Virus record (IMG/VR): IMGVR_UViG_3300032242_002374
Strand: one strand, 5' to 3'
Length of the DNA stretch: 64,000 nucleotides
Source: an uncultured virus (IMG/VR IMGVR_UViG_3300032242_002374)
Taxonomy: Duplodnaviria; Heunggongvirae; Uroviricota; Caudoviricetes
This document shows, piece after piece, positions 28,773-39,229 of the stretch; the first letter of the stretch is position 1; every line of letters begins with the position of its first letter. The position numbers and the translations under genes are program-made. A model generated the notes under the pieces. The model was not told the origin of the DNA. It did not search any database and saw only the letters and a program-made list of their open reading frames with translations.

Positions 28773-30085
28773 TTTGATAATCTTGAAATTTGACTTATTA
28801 CTGTGTTATAAGCATCTTCGGCTTGTTCTCTTGACAATGCTATTGGGATAACAATTTTAGTATTAGGTCTTGTTGCTGCATCTCTATCAGATTGACTTGT
28901 TTGCTTAGATAAATACTCCATATAAGCATCTTTTACTTGTGATGTATCTGTAATTGGAATTGCAACCCCTTTTTGCATATCAGTTCCCCAAGCACTATCA
29001 TACTGCATAGCTAATTTTAACTTAAAATTTTCAACCCTATAAAACCTTGCATCAGATGAAAGTATTGCAACTTGGTTAATATCTAAATTTTGATTTTCAT
29101 TTTTTATATTTACAAAAGAAAAGTTCTTTTTACCTATACCTTGTAAACGCCCCCTAACACTTTTATACATTTCTCCATCGTAAGAAGCTAATATTCTATA
29201 ATTAACATTTGACTTAGATAATTTTTCACAAATAGAAATTATAGCAATAGAATTGTAAAATATTTCAGATGCAGTTTTTTTAGAAGAAAAAGAAGGTAAT
29301 ACTATCAAATCTATTCTTGGCAAAGGATTTTTAGCCTTTTCTATGTTTATAAAACACTTTTTGAATGTCGTTGTAAACATAGGTTTTCCATTAGAACCTA
29401 TCTTTTGCCTTTGCTCTACTTGGTGTCTTGGTATTTCTTCTTGCTTTGGATAAAAATACAAATAAGCATTAGCACTACCTAAAGGCTGTTCCACTATTTC
29501 TAAGTCTTTCTTATCAACCAATCTCCCCAAAATATTACTATAAAATCCACCTTTACTTTCGTTGTATTTTACTTCGTGTCTTGGAATGTATTTTTGCCCT
29601 ATAAAATAAAAATTCTTGTTTTCGCTTACAACAAAATTACCATCTATTGTTGTTTTGAATAGTGGAGAATAATACTCATACACTTTTATCAAACCTAAAG
29701 ATGCTAAGTCATACGAAAATATACCAACTTCTTTTTCGGTAAAATGAATACGTTTTACTTGGTCTATATCAATTACATCAGCTTTAGCAATTTTACTTCT
29801 TAAAATCTCAACTTCTTGCTCTAATTCTTGTATTTTAATGTAGTTATTAATTGGATTTAAAACCCAACTTGTATCAATAGTTCCATACCAATTAATACCT
29901 TGATTTCTTACTAAATTGTCAGCACTATTTTTGGCATTTTGTGCATTTATATAATCTTCAGTAGCATTATAAGCAGTACCCCTCAAAGGTATTTTTGAAA
30001 TTACCTCTTCTGAAAATTTCTGCATATCTGTAATACTATCAAAGTAATAGACTACTTTATTGTTATTTATAATTTCTTTACGCAT
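28769..30085 (-). CDS. vWA-like partner of MoxR ATPase (degenerate MIDAS)
   Basis: Directly downstream of AAA+ gene; beta-alpha pattern IDLIVLPSFSS...AIISICEKL. Confidence 0.5.
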   Translation of the reverse strand: MRKEIINNNKVVYYFDSITDMQKFSEEVISKIPLRGTAYNATEDYINAQNAKNSADNLVRNQGINWYGTIDTSWVLNPINNYIKIQELEQEVEILRSKIAKADVIDIDQVKRIHFTEKEVGIFSYDLASLGLIKVYEYYSPLFKTTIDGNFVVSENKNFYFIGQKYIPRHEVKYNESKGGFYSNILGRLVDKKDLEIVEQPLGSANAYLYFYPKQEEIPRHQVEQRQKIGSNGKPMFTTTFKKCFINIEKAKNPLPRIDLIVLPSFSSKKTASEIFYNSIAIISICEKLSKSNVNYRILASYDGEMYKSVRGRLQGIGKKNFSFVNIKNENQNLDINQVAILSSDARFYRVENFKLKLAMQYDSAWGTDMQKGVAIPITDTSQVKDAYMEYLSKQTSQSDRDAATRPNTKIVIPIALSREQAEDAYNTVISQISRLSK

Positions 30086-32540
30086 TTACTTTAAAATAGT
30101 CTGCTACAAAAAGTTGTTTGTATTTTTCTAATTGTGTACTTGCATTTTCAGAAACTACACTTGTTAGTGTTTGCACAATTTTACCATCAATAACTTTTTT
30201 AATGCAGCCAGATACTTCTTTTTGTATGAAAGCAGTAGTTAAGCCTGTATTTTTTATAATATTAGCTTGTGTAGCATCATTGTTAAAAGCAATCATAAAA
30301 CTATCAAATGCTTTGTCTAATGTTTTGCCCTCATTTAATATTTTAGCACCTTCACTTTCTGCAATCTTACGAACTAACTGAAACTCGAATGCTACTCTAA
30401 ATGCAGTTAATGTACGATAACTAACAACAGCCAACTCATCAAGTCCTAAATCTTTTAAAACAGTTCTTAACCCTTTTGCTTGTGGCTTAGTGGTTTTGTT
30501 TTTGATAGCATCCATATACTCATAGTAGTTACCTACAAGCATATCGTATAAGAATTGGAAACGGCAAAATTGCTCGTCTAATGCTTTTGACGGCATTACT
30601 TTATACACACTACCACTAAATCTATCTAGCAATGATAAATCTTGTTGATTGTTTGCACGATACTCTGGTGGCGGGGCTTCATTTGGATAAATGTTACCAG
30701 TAGCAATAACAGCAAAGTCGTTGCTTCTTGGTATTGGTGGCATATCTGGGTTTGCCGAATTTATTGATGGGTTTTGATTAGTTTTAGAAGACTTTGCCAA
30801 AGCATCATTAAACAAACCTGCTGTGTTAGGGTCTAAACGAGGCATTTCATCTAAAATCAATATTTTACCATCTCTCCACGCTTGTATTAACTTGCCATCT
30901 TTGTAGCCTTCAATACTTTGCCCACCAATTACTTCAATTGGCGAAGTGTATTGAGAACAATTTATTACAGTATATTCTCTTTTTAGCTTTTTTGTAACTA
31001 ATTCAGCAAGGTAAGTATTGTGCGTTACAATGTAATTATCTGTAATATACAAATGTGATGGATTTGTTACAGAAATACATCTAACAGGCATTTCGCCTAT
31101 ATAATAAACTTCATCAATAAATCTTTTTACCTTATACTTTGTAGGCTTTTTATATTTCTCTAATTTAGAGCCTAAGCTAAATGGAATAATTTCGTCAGGG
31201 AAAACACAAGTTATTCTATAATTTAAAGCACCCTCTCTTTTTTCGCCATTGTGAGTATAAACAGGGACTCTACTTTTTATTTTAGCTGTTCCTCCTAGAC
31301 TTCTTACTAATTCGCAATAATCTTCTGATAGTTGATAGCTTGATGTAGAAAACTCAAAATTAAAGTCGCCATAATAAGCATCGGTATCATTTAATCCTTG
31401 TAAAAGTAATGTTCTATTTTCTATGCTATCATATAAATAATCTTTTGGTATAAATTTATTAATTGATTTATGACCTGCCAATCCTAATGTATGAATCTCT
31501 TCACCAAAAATGTTAGCTGTTTTTGCACTTTTTCTTGCAATTGAATAAGTCAAACATCTATCATCACAATTTACTTTGTTTAATTGCAGGTCTTCGTGTA
31601 TTTCAAGACTATCAAAAAGTTCTTGAGATGGATTGGTTATTGATATTGTTTCTGTTGTAACACAGCCATCCCCTAAAATAACACCCATCAAGTATGGACT
31701 AATTATGTGTTTTTTAGCTTCAAATTGTATTGGCTTATTGACATCTATAAAAGCATTTGCTAAACCTGTTTTAGTTTTTATATTAGCCATAAATTCTTTC
31801 AAAGGAAGAACTTTACCTTTTCTTTTTTTACCCCTATCATTTCTTGTGTATATTTTCCACAAATGTTCATCACAAGTCTCTGCAAACGAGCCATCATTCA
31901 TAAAAACTCTATAAGTAGGCTTTACGCCTCTATCATAAACTCCATTTATTTCATAAAGTTTACCATCTTCGCCAAATACTTTATCGCCAACTTTTACATC
32001 TGCAAAAGTTATCCATCCATTATTTGAAAGTATTTTAGATGTTAATGGTTGAGCTTTACCCAGTCCAGCACCACCAATTAAATACACGTTATTCCCTGCT
32101 AAAACATCATCTAAAATGTCATAGAAAAAAGGTATTTGCTCTTCTTGCTTAGTTACTTCAACCTTTACTCCACCAAAATTGGGGAACTCTAAAATTATCG
32201 TTTGGTTTTTCTTAATTTCATCAATCACATCTTTACTTAAATCGTCAAGATTGATTTTTTTATTTTGGAAATACTCATTGATTAATTTATTTACTTGGTC
32301 GCTGTCAACACCACTATTAGGTGTTTCTTTCATAAATGCCGAAAGCATAGCTAATGTTTCGTCAGCATTAAATGATGCTTCTTCATCAACTGTTGCTACT
32401 TCATTACTTTCAATGGTTTGTAACTCGGTTTCAAGGCTTTGTATTCTTTCAAAAACAGATTCTTTAAATTCAGGGTCTATAATATCAATAGATTCTCTCA
32501 AATCTTTTAAGTCTGAAATGATTTCTTCTTTTCTTGTCAT
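30078..32540 (-). CDS. MoxR/CobS-like AAA+ ATPase, intein-containing
   Basis: Walker A GGAGLGK[intein]T, Walker B LILDEM, IATGN, DLSLLDRF. Confidence 0.85.
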   Translation of the reverse strand: MTRKEEIISDLKDLRESIDIIDPEFKESVFERIQSLETELQTIESNEVATVDEEASFNADETLAMLSAFMKETPNSGVDSDQVNKLINEYFQNKKINLDDLSKDVIDEIKKNQTIILEFPNFGGVKVEVTKQEEQIPFFYDILDDVLAGNNVYLIGGAGLGKAQPLTSKILSNNGWITFADVKVGDKVFGEDGKLYEINGVYDRGVKPTYRVFMNDGSFAETCDEHLWKIYTRNDRGKKRKGKVLPLKEFMANIKTKTGLANAFIDVNKPIQFEAKKHIISPYLMGVILGDGCVTTETISITNPSQELFDSLEIHEDLQLNKVNCDDRCLTYSIARKSAKTANIFGEEIHTLGLAGHKSINKFIPKDYLYDSIENRTLLLQGLNDTDAYYGDFNFEFSTSSYQLSEDYCELVRSLGGTAKIKSRVPVYTHNGEKREGALNYRITCVFPDEIIPFSLGSKLEKYKKPTKYKVKRFIDEVYYIGEMPVRCISVTNPSHLYITDNYIVTHNTYLAELVTKKLKREYTVINCSQYTSPIEVIGGQSIEGYKDGKLIQAWRDGKILILDEMPRLDPNTAGLFNDALAKSSKTNQNPSINSANPDMPPIPRSNDFAVIATGNIYPNEAPPPEYRANNQQDLSLLDRFSGSVYKVMPSKALDEQFCRFQFLYDMLVGNYYEYMDAIKNKTTKPQAKGLRTVLKDLGLDELAVVSYRTLTAFRVAFEFQLVRKIAESEGAKILNEGKTLDKAFDSFMIAFNNDATQANIIKNTGLTTAFIQKEVSGCIKKVIDGKIVQTLTSVVSENASTQLEKYKQLFVADYFKVNA
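31017..32054 (-). mobile_element. class 3 intein (346 aa) with LAGLIDADG homing endonuclease, inserted in the P-loop
   Basis: Starts AQPL, block B CDEHLW, block F VRCISV, ends VTHN before T; MGVILGDG and LLQGLNDTD motifs. Confidence 0.9.
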
Positions 32541-32542
32541 TT

Positions 32543-34129
32543 TTATTTTTTTAATAGTATTTGTAAAACTTTTATTTTTTTTGCTGCTAATTCATCACCA
32601 TATTTTGCTAAAACAGATAATGCTTTTATCTTCATTTCAATTACTTCGGCTGTGATAGCTTGTTCTTTATCAAAAATAGAAAATAATGTTGGGAACACTT
32701 CTTTAATTCTTTGTAACCTTGAAGATTCTGTTGTATAATTAGGGAAACGTTTTACATCATAATTTAATAAACAAAAATAATTCACAATTTTATAAAACTC
32801 TTCTTTTGTAAGTTCCATCCCCTCTTTACCCAAATTATTAAATAAATTATTGGCTTTTTGATATTCAGCATCATTTGTAGGCTTGTTATAAAATAGTGCA
32901 TCAAAAAAACAAGACACTAATTCTTGGTAAGCCCATAAGTTACTCCACATATTAGGGTTTGCATCAGTAACACCAACATCCCATCTATCAGCAAAAACTT
33001 CGTTACCTGCAACATCATATACAAATTTCCATTCTACATAATGTTTGTCATAACCACGCTTTTCTAAGTCACCAATATTATCCGCAATGAATTTAGTAGC
33101 TTGTTTGAATGACTTAAATGTTCTTGGCAATAGTTCAACATATTCTGGTAACCCTTCTGAATCTTTAATAGTAAAGAAATCTAATTTAGGATTGTCTGGA
33201 ATAGATTTGTAAGATTCATTAACAACAAATTCTTTATTGCCTTTTTTCTCAAACTCACTTAACAAATAATTCCATTGGTCAGCATTCATCAAATACTTTA
33301 ATGACATACGTTCAGCAAACATATTATAGTCATTGCTTAGGTCAAAATCTTCTTGATTTTCACGGTAAACAATATCAAATGCTGTTGCTGGTGATTTATC
33401 AGTTAAATTTTGTTTGCTTAATGTAGTAGTAGAAGTAGATGGCGTTGTAGCCACATAATATTTTCCTATTACTTCATACAATTTATTTATTATTTGAGTA
33501 TAATTATCTTTTTTAGATAAATCCCCCCAATGTTGAAATGATTGTGTTTTAGGCGACCACTTAAATCCTGTTTCTGTATATACTTCGCCTCTAATTTCAT
33601 TCCATTGGTCTTTATTAGCTGCAACCGATTTATCTTTTACAAAATTGTAAACAATTCTGCCATCGTCAAGAGTTTTATTGTATAAAGTCCAACCATTATT
33701 ATAAGAAATAGTATCACCCCATTCCCAGCCTTTACCTCTATTGCTACTAACACTTTTAGTAGTAGGTTCAGTAACAGTAAAAGGTTTATCCCATTTGCCA
33801 ACTTCTATGTTCAAATAGAAATTTTTAACCCTATGGTTGTCTCCTCTTTCGTAACTTGTTTGATACTCTTTAGCAATTTCATAAATATTTTTTACTACAT
33901 CAACCCCCTTGCTTGTTAAGCCAGTTATTTCATTGATGTAATATGTGTTTATTTGCTTGGTATTAACATTTTTTTCGATAAAAGGATAAAAGTCTGCTCC
34001 TAACCAATAAATATATAAGCTATCTGTCATACCTCTTTCGGAAGTAACAGAAAAGTTATAATTAGGATATTTTTTGTATAACCTATCCTTTACTTTTTTT
34101 GAAACATCTTTTATATCGTAATTACCCAT
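32543..34129 (-). CDS. polyvalent protein with LPD29-like and LPD25-like domains
   Basis: KKVKDRL.KKYP..NFSV...SLYIYW (LPD29-like); DSEG...GYDK...DRWDVG (LPD25-like). Confidence 0.6.
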   Translation of the reverse strand: MGNYDIKDVSKKVKDRLYKKYPNYNFSVTSERGMTDSLYIYWLGADFYPFIEKNVNTKQINTYYINEITGLTSKGVDVVKNIYEIAKEYQTSYERGDNHRVKNFYLNIEVGKWDKPFTVTEPTTKSVSSNRGKGWEWGDTISYNNGWTLYNKTLDDGRIVYNFVKDKSVAANKDQWNEIRGEVYTETGFKWSPKTQSFQHWGDLSKKDNYTQIINKLYEVIGKYYVATTPSTSTTTLSKQNLTDKSPATAFDIVYRENQEDFDLSNDYNMFAERMSLKYLMNADQWNYLLSEFEKKGNKEFVVNESYKSIPDNPKLDFFTIKDSEGLPEYVELLPRTFKSFKQATKFIADNIGDLEKRGYDKHYVEWKFVYDVAGNEVFADRWDVGVTDANPNMWSNLWAYQELVSCFFDALFYNKPTNDAEYQKANNLFNNLGKEGMELTKEEFYKIVNYFCLLNYDVKRFPNYTTESSRLQRIKEVFPTLFSIFDKEQAITAEVIEMKIKALSVLAKYGDELAAKKIKVLQILLKK

Positions 34130-37100
34130 ATACTCTATTTATAAAATCATTAACGTAATCAACCGCATCATTTACTTTTTCAGAAACAAAATTATGTGTT
34201 TTTTGTGGAATATTGCCACCAGAAGCAAAAGATACTCCACCATTTGATACGTTCATATCACTTGCAATTTCTCTTGTAGTCATCATTTTCCCATTGTACT
34301 CATATTTTTTATCGCTTGAAACTGCACCTCTTGTTAAAATAACTTCACCCCCAGAATATTCTATCGGATTACCTTTCCCATCATTTTTAACAGATGCCCC
34401 TTTTTCTAATTTTTCTTCTATCTCGCCACCCATTTTAAATGACTTACCTCCACCTTCTACGTTCAAATGTGAAAGTATTTCTCTGTTAGTCATTTTTTTA
34501 CCATTAAATTCTTTTAATGTAGAATCTGAAACTGCTTTTGAATTTAACTGTATTTCTTCTCCCTCAACTTCAATTCTTTCACCAGTTGCTTTGTTAATAC
34601 CATCTATACCACCCTCACTATGCCTTTTGCCAACAAATATGCCACCTAAATCGCCATCATTGTGTGCAATCAATTTTCCATCTTTTTTACCTAATAAGAA
34701 CCCCCCAGCATCCATTTTAGTATCTAAACCCATTTTATTTCGTAGCGAAAATGCTCGGCTTTGATTTTGTGCATCTATAACAATATCTGTTTCTTTTACA
34801 TCTCCACCCTCTTCAAATCTTATATCTTTATTCATAGGGTCAAAATTTATATTTCTGCCATCTGCTAATTTAACTTGACTTGCATCGAAAATAGTCCACG
34901 CTTTTGTAAATTGTGCTGGGTTGTTTTCGTCATAATTAGTTGGGTCAAACTCTTCACTATACCTTACACCATCATACCCATTAACTATAAGAAAGGTTTT
35001 AAATGTTTTGTTGTAATCTTTTGCCATAATATTCCAAAAAAGAAAACTTCTATCTTGAAAAGTATCTTCAAAATACTTTTCTAATTGGCTTTTAGTAGCT
35101 TTTAGATAATCATTAAAAACAGCTTCATCTATTACACTACCCTCTTTGTCAGCATATATTTTTTTTGTTAAAGTTAATATCCAACCATCTTTGTTTTTTC
35201 TAATCTGCTCAAATTCGCTACCTAATGCAAAGAATGGATTGTTTATTTTTATAAATGCTTTATACAATAATGCTTTTGCATCACCCCTAAGTAATCTTTG
35301 TGAAATACTTGGAACAAAATTTTGAGAATATTGTATATTGTCAGCAAAATAAGCATAAGGTCTTCCTTCTTGATTTTTTGCCATTGCATCAAACTCAAAA
35401 AACTCTTTCATAGCACTACTACCGTGATATACTACAAGTGGCTCTAATGTTATTAAATTTATAACCTTAGAAACATTTTTATAGTGCTTTTCAAAATTGG
35501 TTCGTTTGTCTGCTAAAAAGTTTTTTGCAGCAAGTTCCCAATCACCGAAATATTTTTTAAATTCAGTTGTCCTTACTAAAACTTGTTGCACATATTGAAG
35601 CATAGTATAAGCCCCAGTTGGTGTTGGGAATGTATAAATACTATCTACTTCTGCACCATTGCTGTAACTTCTTTTTATACTGCCATAATATTTGTCAATG
35701 TCTTTTGGTTGCTCCATAATTTCTAATTTTTCATAATAGTCAATCATTTCGTCAAGATGCTGCAAAGCAATTGTTTTTTGCACATCTAGCGAATTGCTAT
35801 GTTCCGATTCAATTTTTATTCCCTTTTCAAGTTGCTCATTTGCATATTGCAAAGATACATTTTTTTCTTTGGCTATTTGTTTTATGGTTTTGTGAGGCTT
35901 GAAAAGACTACCTTTGGCGTATTCTTTATTGTCATATTCTAATATTTCAATAGGAACATTAAGCCCATTACTTTTGATAATTTCTATTACACCTTTAACA
36001 TCTCTACCTTCTTTTATTTGCTTTAAAAAAGAACCACTATCAATAGCATCTTGAACTAATTTTTTTGATAACGCTTTTTTGGGTGTGTCTAACTTACCTT
36101 GAAATTGCTCTGCTATTGTATAATTTGTAGCATCATTTTTTGAAACTAATAAAAAAGGGTACAATCTTTTTTCACTTCTTAATTGGCTATTATTTTCAAC
36201 TATAACCCTATCAGAATCTTCTGCTAATTTTTGTAATCTTCTTATTATTTTTTGGTCTGAACGAACATTATCGCCTAATATAACAGCTAATTTTACTACA
36301 TTATCTGTTATTGATAATAGTCCTATTGTTTCGCTTGTTTTAGCATCAAAAACACTTCCATTTACAAAAAGTAAGCTATAAATATTATCGTCATATACAT
36401 CAATAGTTTCTATTTGTTGCTGACTGAATTTTTGTCCTTTATTATTTCCACCAGTAAATTCAAAATCCCAATCTGAAACTTCTCCACCTTTGGCATAATT
36501 GTTCAAAGCACTTTTAATTTCTTGAATAAAGTTATTTTTTTGAATACTGTTTACTTTTTGGCTATCTTTAAAATCAAATCTATCCATAAGTTCTAATAAA
36601 CCAATTGTTCCATAAGTACCAAATTTAGTTTCCCTTACATTTTCTGCCCACATATCAAAGTCTTTTTCATTTTTTATGCTATTCCATTGATTGAAAAGAT
36701 TATTTATTACAACGCCATTGCCTTCATTTAAAACAACTTCAATCATTCCACCTTTAGCATACCTTATATCAGCGTTGTTTGCATCGAATGTTGTGTTTGT
36801 GCCATCGGCAAGTTTTATGTTTTGAGGAGTTTCATTAAAAACCAAAAATGATGTCCCTACATAATCTAGCCAATCATCAGTTTTTTGCATCAATTCAAGA
36901 ACATTATCGGCTCTTATCCCATCTACCTTTTCAACTCCAAATTTACCATCTCTAAGAAACTCAATAGCATCATTACCATTTGCCCATTTATAACCTGCAT
37001 CTACTTGTAAATTATTATACCCATCCTTATTTGTACCTAATTTAGCATCAAATTGTTTTATTTTTCTAATGTTTAGGAATACTGGATATACCTTGCTATA

Positions 37101-39176
37101 CCATTTATCTATTTCTTTTTCAATTTCATTAAACTCCCTATTACTCTTTACATTTTCTTGTAATTTTTCAAGTTTAGCTATTTCTTTAATTCGCTGTTCA
37201 TCGGCTTCTTTAGTATATTTACTTGAATTTCTATATAACTCTGCAACGTTTTTATTTGTAGTAAAAAATATGCCATATTCTTTTAAACCAGAACTTTGTC
37301 TTTTAGATTGCCTAATATCAAAAATGTTTATACCACCATACCTACTTCCGTGATACACTACCATTGGCTCTCCATTAGAATCTACAACTTTTGAAACATC
37401 TTTTGATAAATTTTCTAAGGTAATTTCATCAATACCAGAATCATTAATTTTTGCATAAGCTAATTTCTCCCAGTCGCCAAAAAATGCTTTGAATTGTGGT
37501 GTGCGAACAAGTTTATACTGCTCTGGTGTTAAGTTACTCGGCTTACCATTAGGTGCAAGTAATTCTAAACTACCACCTTGCTCAAAATTATTTTCTTTAC
37601 CTAAAAACTTATTCATATCATATTTTACAACCCTATTATCTTTTGTTTCAACTTCTACATACCCTTTTTCATAATCACTACTTAAATAAATAACATCTCC
37701 AATTTGTGAATAAGAATGAGTTATTTTATCGCCTTTTTTATAATTAGCAAATGGGTCTGTATTGTTTAATAAATGTATTATAGCATCAGTTGAATAATAT
37801 GTTAAGTTCAAATCAATAGAACTACCTAAATTATTACTTTTTGACTTTTCATCAAACTTTGATATATGGTCACTTAGTCTAATTCTATCATAATACCCAT
37901 TCCCACCATACCAAGAATTTGTATTTTTACTTTTTGTAAATTTTATACCAGTTTGTTTTGATATTTCTAAAATTTCATTTTCAAAAACACTTTCTATTGT
38001 TCCACCATCGTCATAACTCTTAACACTATAACCCAATTCATTTATTAAATCATCGTCTTGCTTGTACTTACCAGATTTGCTTTTGCCGTGAATTATTTTG
38101 TACATAAAAGCATTTAGCCTTGTCAATCCCCAAGCAACTCTACTATTTGGCTTACCACCACTTATTGTAGGTCTATGTGTTGAAGAATATGCACCCATAC
38201 CTCTGCGAACAACAGCTTTTGCACTTGCTAATGTAATTTTCTTGTTAGGGTGTTGCTTATTATGTTCTCTTACTTTCTCATTTATTGAAAGTAATGTTTT
38301 AGCATCGAATTTTATTTCTTTAGCACTTTCTGTATCTTTTGAAGAGCCTTTAGCATTTACATTGCTTCCATATACTTTGTCTTCTTTTGGTGCAGGAGTT
38401 TGCGAAATTGTACCACCACTTTCATACTTTTCAGGATTATGCCCCCAAATAAGCAAAGAAGTGTGCTTTCGAGTTTTGTTCCCTTTATCGTCATACAACC
38501 CACCTTTATTGCCACTCATTCTGCTTATAAATGATATTTGTCGTTTTGCCCACTCACACATTTTAGGTGTCCAATTTTTATGTGGTATATCTTTCATTTT
38601 CATTATCCACCTTGCACTCTCACGCCCACTATGTATTCCTAATTCATTTGCTTTGCTGCTACTTAAACCAGCTTTTTTGCCTTCTTCGCTATTGTAAAAG
38701 TTATCTAATTCACTTTTACTCATATTTACTAATGACTTCCATTTTTTGTAGGTTTCTTCGTGGTCTGAAATTTTACCGCCTTCTGCAAATTCATTTTTTA
38801 TTTCTTCTTTTTTTACAAACTCACTAAAATTTGCTTTTGCTAAAACGTAAGGTTTTCTTTTCCATAACCAATCAGGTATTTGATTATTTAATAAAGTCCA
38901 AGTACAAGTTGCAACATAGCCCCAATGGTCTGATATTCTATAAACATCATTCCCATCTATTACATATTGAGAATACAATCCAAAAGCATTGGGTGATTTT
39001 TTAAAAATTGTGCCATCTTGTTTCTTTAATTCATTAAATTTATCCCAAGCCTTATCGCCTACATTCTGTATATGCCAACCACATTTTGTATTTAAGTAAA
39101 AATTATCTTTATTTATTTTATTATAAATTTCGCCTCCATCCCTATTGAATGATGCTATTGTTTTATACATTATCAA
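34122..39176 (-). CDS. 1684-aa polyvalent protein: DUF3140-like, DUF5824-like, two ART-PolyVal ADP-ribosyltransferase domains, DUF5661-like
   Basis: LVNMSKSEL...SLLIWGHNP; VRRGMGAY...WGLTRLNAF; two VRT..FK..FGDWE...P.VVYHGS...KLADG.N..FD....DIR domains; GIKIESEH...IALQHL.E..DYY. Confidence 0.75.
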   Translation of the reverse strand: MIMYKTIASFNRDGGEIYNKINKDNFYLNTKCGWHIQNVGDKAWDKFNELKKQDGTIFKKSPNAFGLYSQYVIDGNDVYRISDHWGYVATCTWTLLNNQIPDWLWKRKPYVLAKANFSEFVKKEEIKNEFAEGGKISDHEETYKKWKSLVNMSKSELDNFYNSEEGKKAGLSSSKANELGIHSGRESARWIMKMKDIPHKNWTPKMCEWAKRQISFISRMSGNKGGLYDDKGNKTRKHTSLLIWGHNPEKYESGGTISQTPAPKEDKVYGSNVNAKGSSKDTESAKEIKFDAKTLLSINEKVREHNKQHPNKKITLASAKAVVRRGMGAYSSTHRPTISGGKPNSRVAWGLTRLNAFMYKIIHGKSKSGKYKQDDDLINELGYSVKSYDDGGTIESVFENEILEISKQTGIKFTKSKNTNSWYGGNGYYDRIRLSDHISKFDEKSKSNNLGSSIDLNLTYYSTDAIIHLLNNTDPFANYKKGDKITHSYSQIGDVIYLSSDYEKGYVEVETKDNRVVKYDMNKFLGKENNFEQGGSLELLAPNGKPSNLTPEQYKLVRTPQFKAFFGDWEKLAYAKINDSGIDEITLENLSKDVSKVVDSNGEPMVVYHGSRYGGINIFDIRQSKRQSSGLKEYGIFFTTNKNVAELYRNSSKYTKEADEQRIKEIAKLEKLQENVKSNREFNEIEKEIDKWYSKVYPVFLNIRKIKQFDAKLGTNKDGYNNLQVDAGYKWANGNDAIEFLRDGKFGVEKVDGIRADNVLELMQKTDDWLDYVGTSFLVFNETPQNIKLADGTNTTFDANNADIRYAKGGMIEVVLNEGNGVVINNLFNQWNSIKNEKDFDMWAENVRETKFGTYGTIGLLELMDRFDFKDSQKVNSIQKNNFIQEIKSALNNYAKGGEVSDWDFEFTGGNNKGQKFSQQQIETIDVYDDNIYSLLFVNGSVFDAKTSETIGLLSITDNVVKLAVILGDNVRSDQKIIRRLQKLAEDSDRVIVENNSQLRSEKRLYPFLLVSKNDATNYTIAEQFQGKLDTPKKALSKKLVQDAIDSGSFLKQIKEGRDVKGVIEIIKSNGLNVPIEILEYDNKEYAKGSLFKPHKTIKQIAKEKNVSLQYANEQLEKGIKIESEHSNSLDVQKTIALQHLDEMIDYYEKLEIMEQPKDIDKYYGSIKRSYSNGAEVDSIYTFPTPTGAYTMLQYVQQVLVRTTEFKKYFGDWELAAKNFLADKRTNFEKHYKNVSKVINLITLEPLVVYHGSSAMKEFFEFDAMAKNQEGRPYAYFADNIQYSQNFVPSISQRLLRGDAKALLYKAFIKINNPFFALGSEFEQIRKNKDGWILTLTKKIYADKEGSVIDEAVFNDYLKATKSQLEKYFEDTFQDRSFLFWNIMAKDYNKTFKTFLIVNGYDGVRYSEEFDPTNYDENNPAQFTKAWTIFDASQVKLADGRNINFDPMNKDIRFEEGGDVKETDIVIDAQNQSRAFSLRNKMGLDTKMDAGGFLLGKKDGKLIAHNDGDLGGIFVGKRHSEGGIDGINKATGERIEVEGEEIQLNSKAVSDSTLKEFNGKKMTNREILSHLNVEGGGKSFKMGGEIEEKLEKGASVKNDGKGNPIEYSGGEVILTRGAVSSDKKYEYNGKMMTTREIASDMNVSNGGVSFASGGNIPQKTHNFVSEKVNDAVDYVNDFINRVYG

Positions 39177-39229
39177 ATATTTTTTGTCAAATTTATAACA
39201 TTTGCCTATTTTCGTAAAAAATTTTTAAG

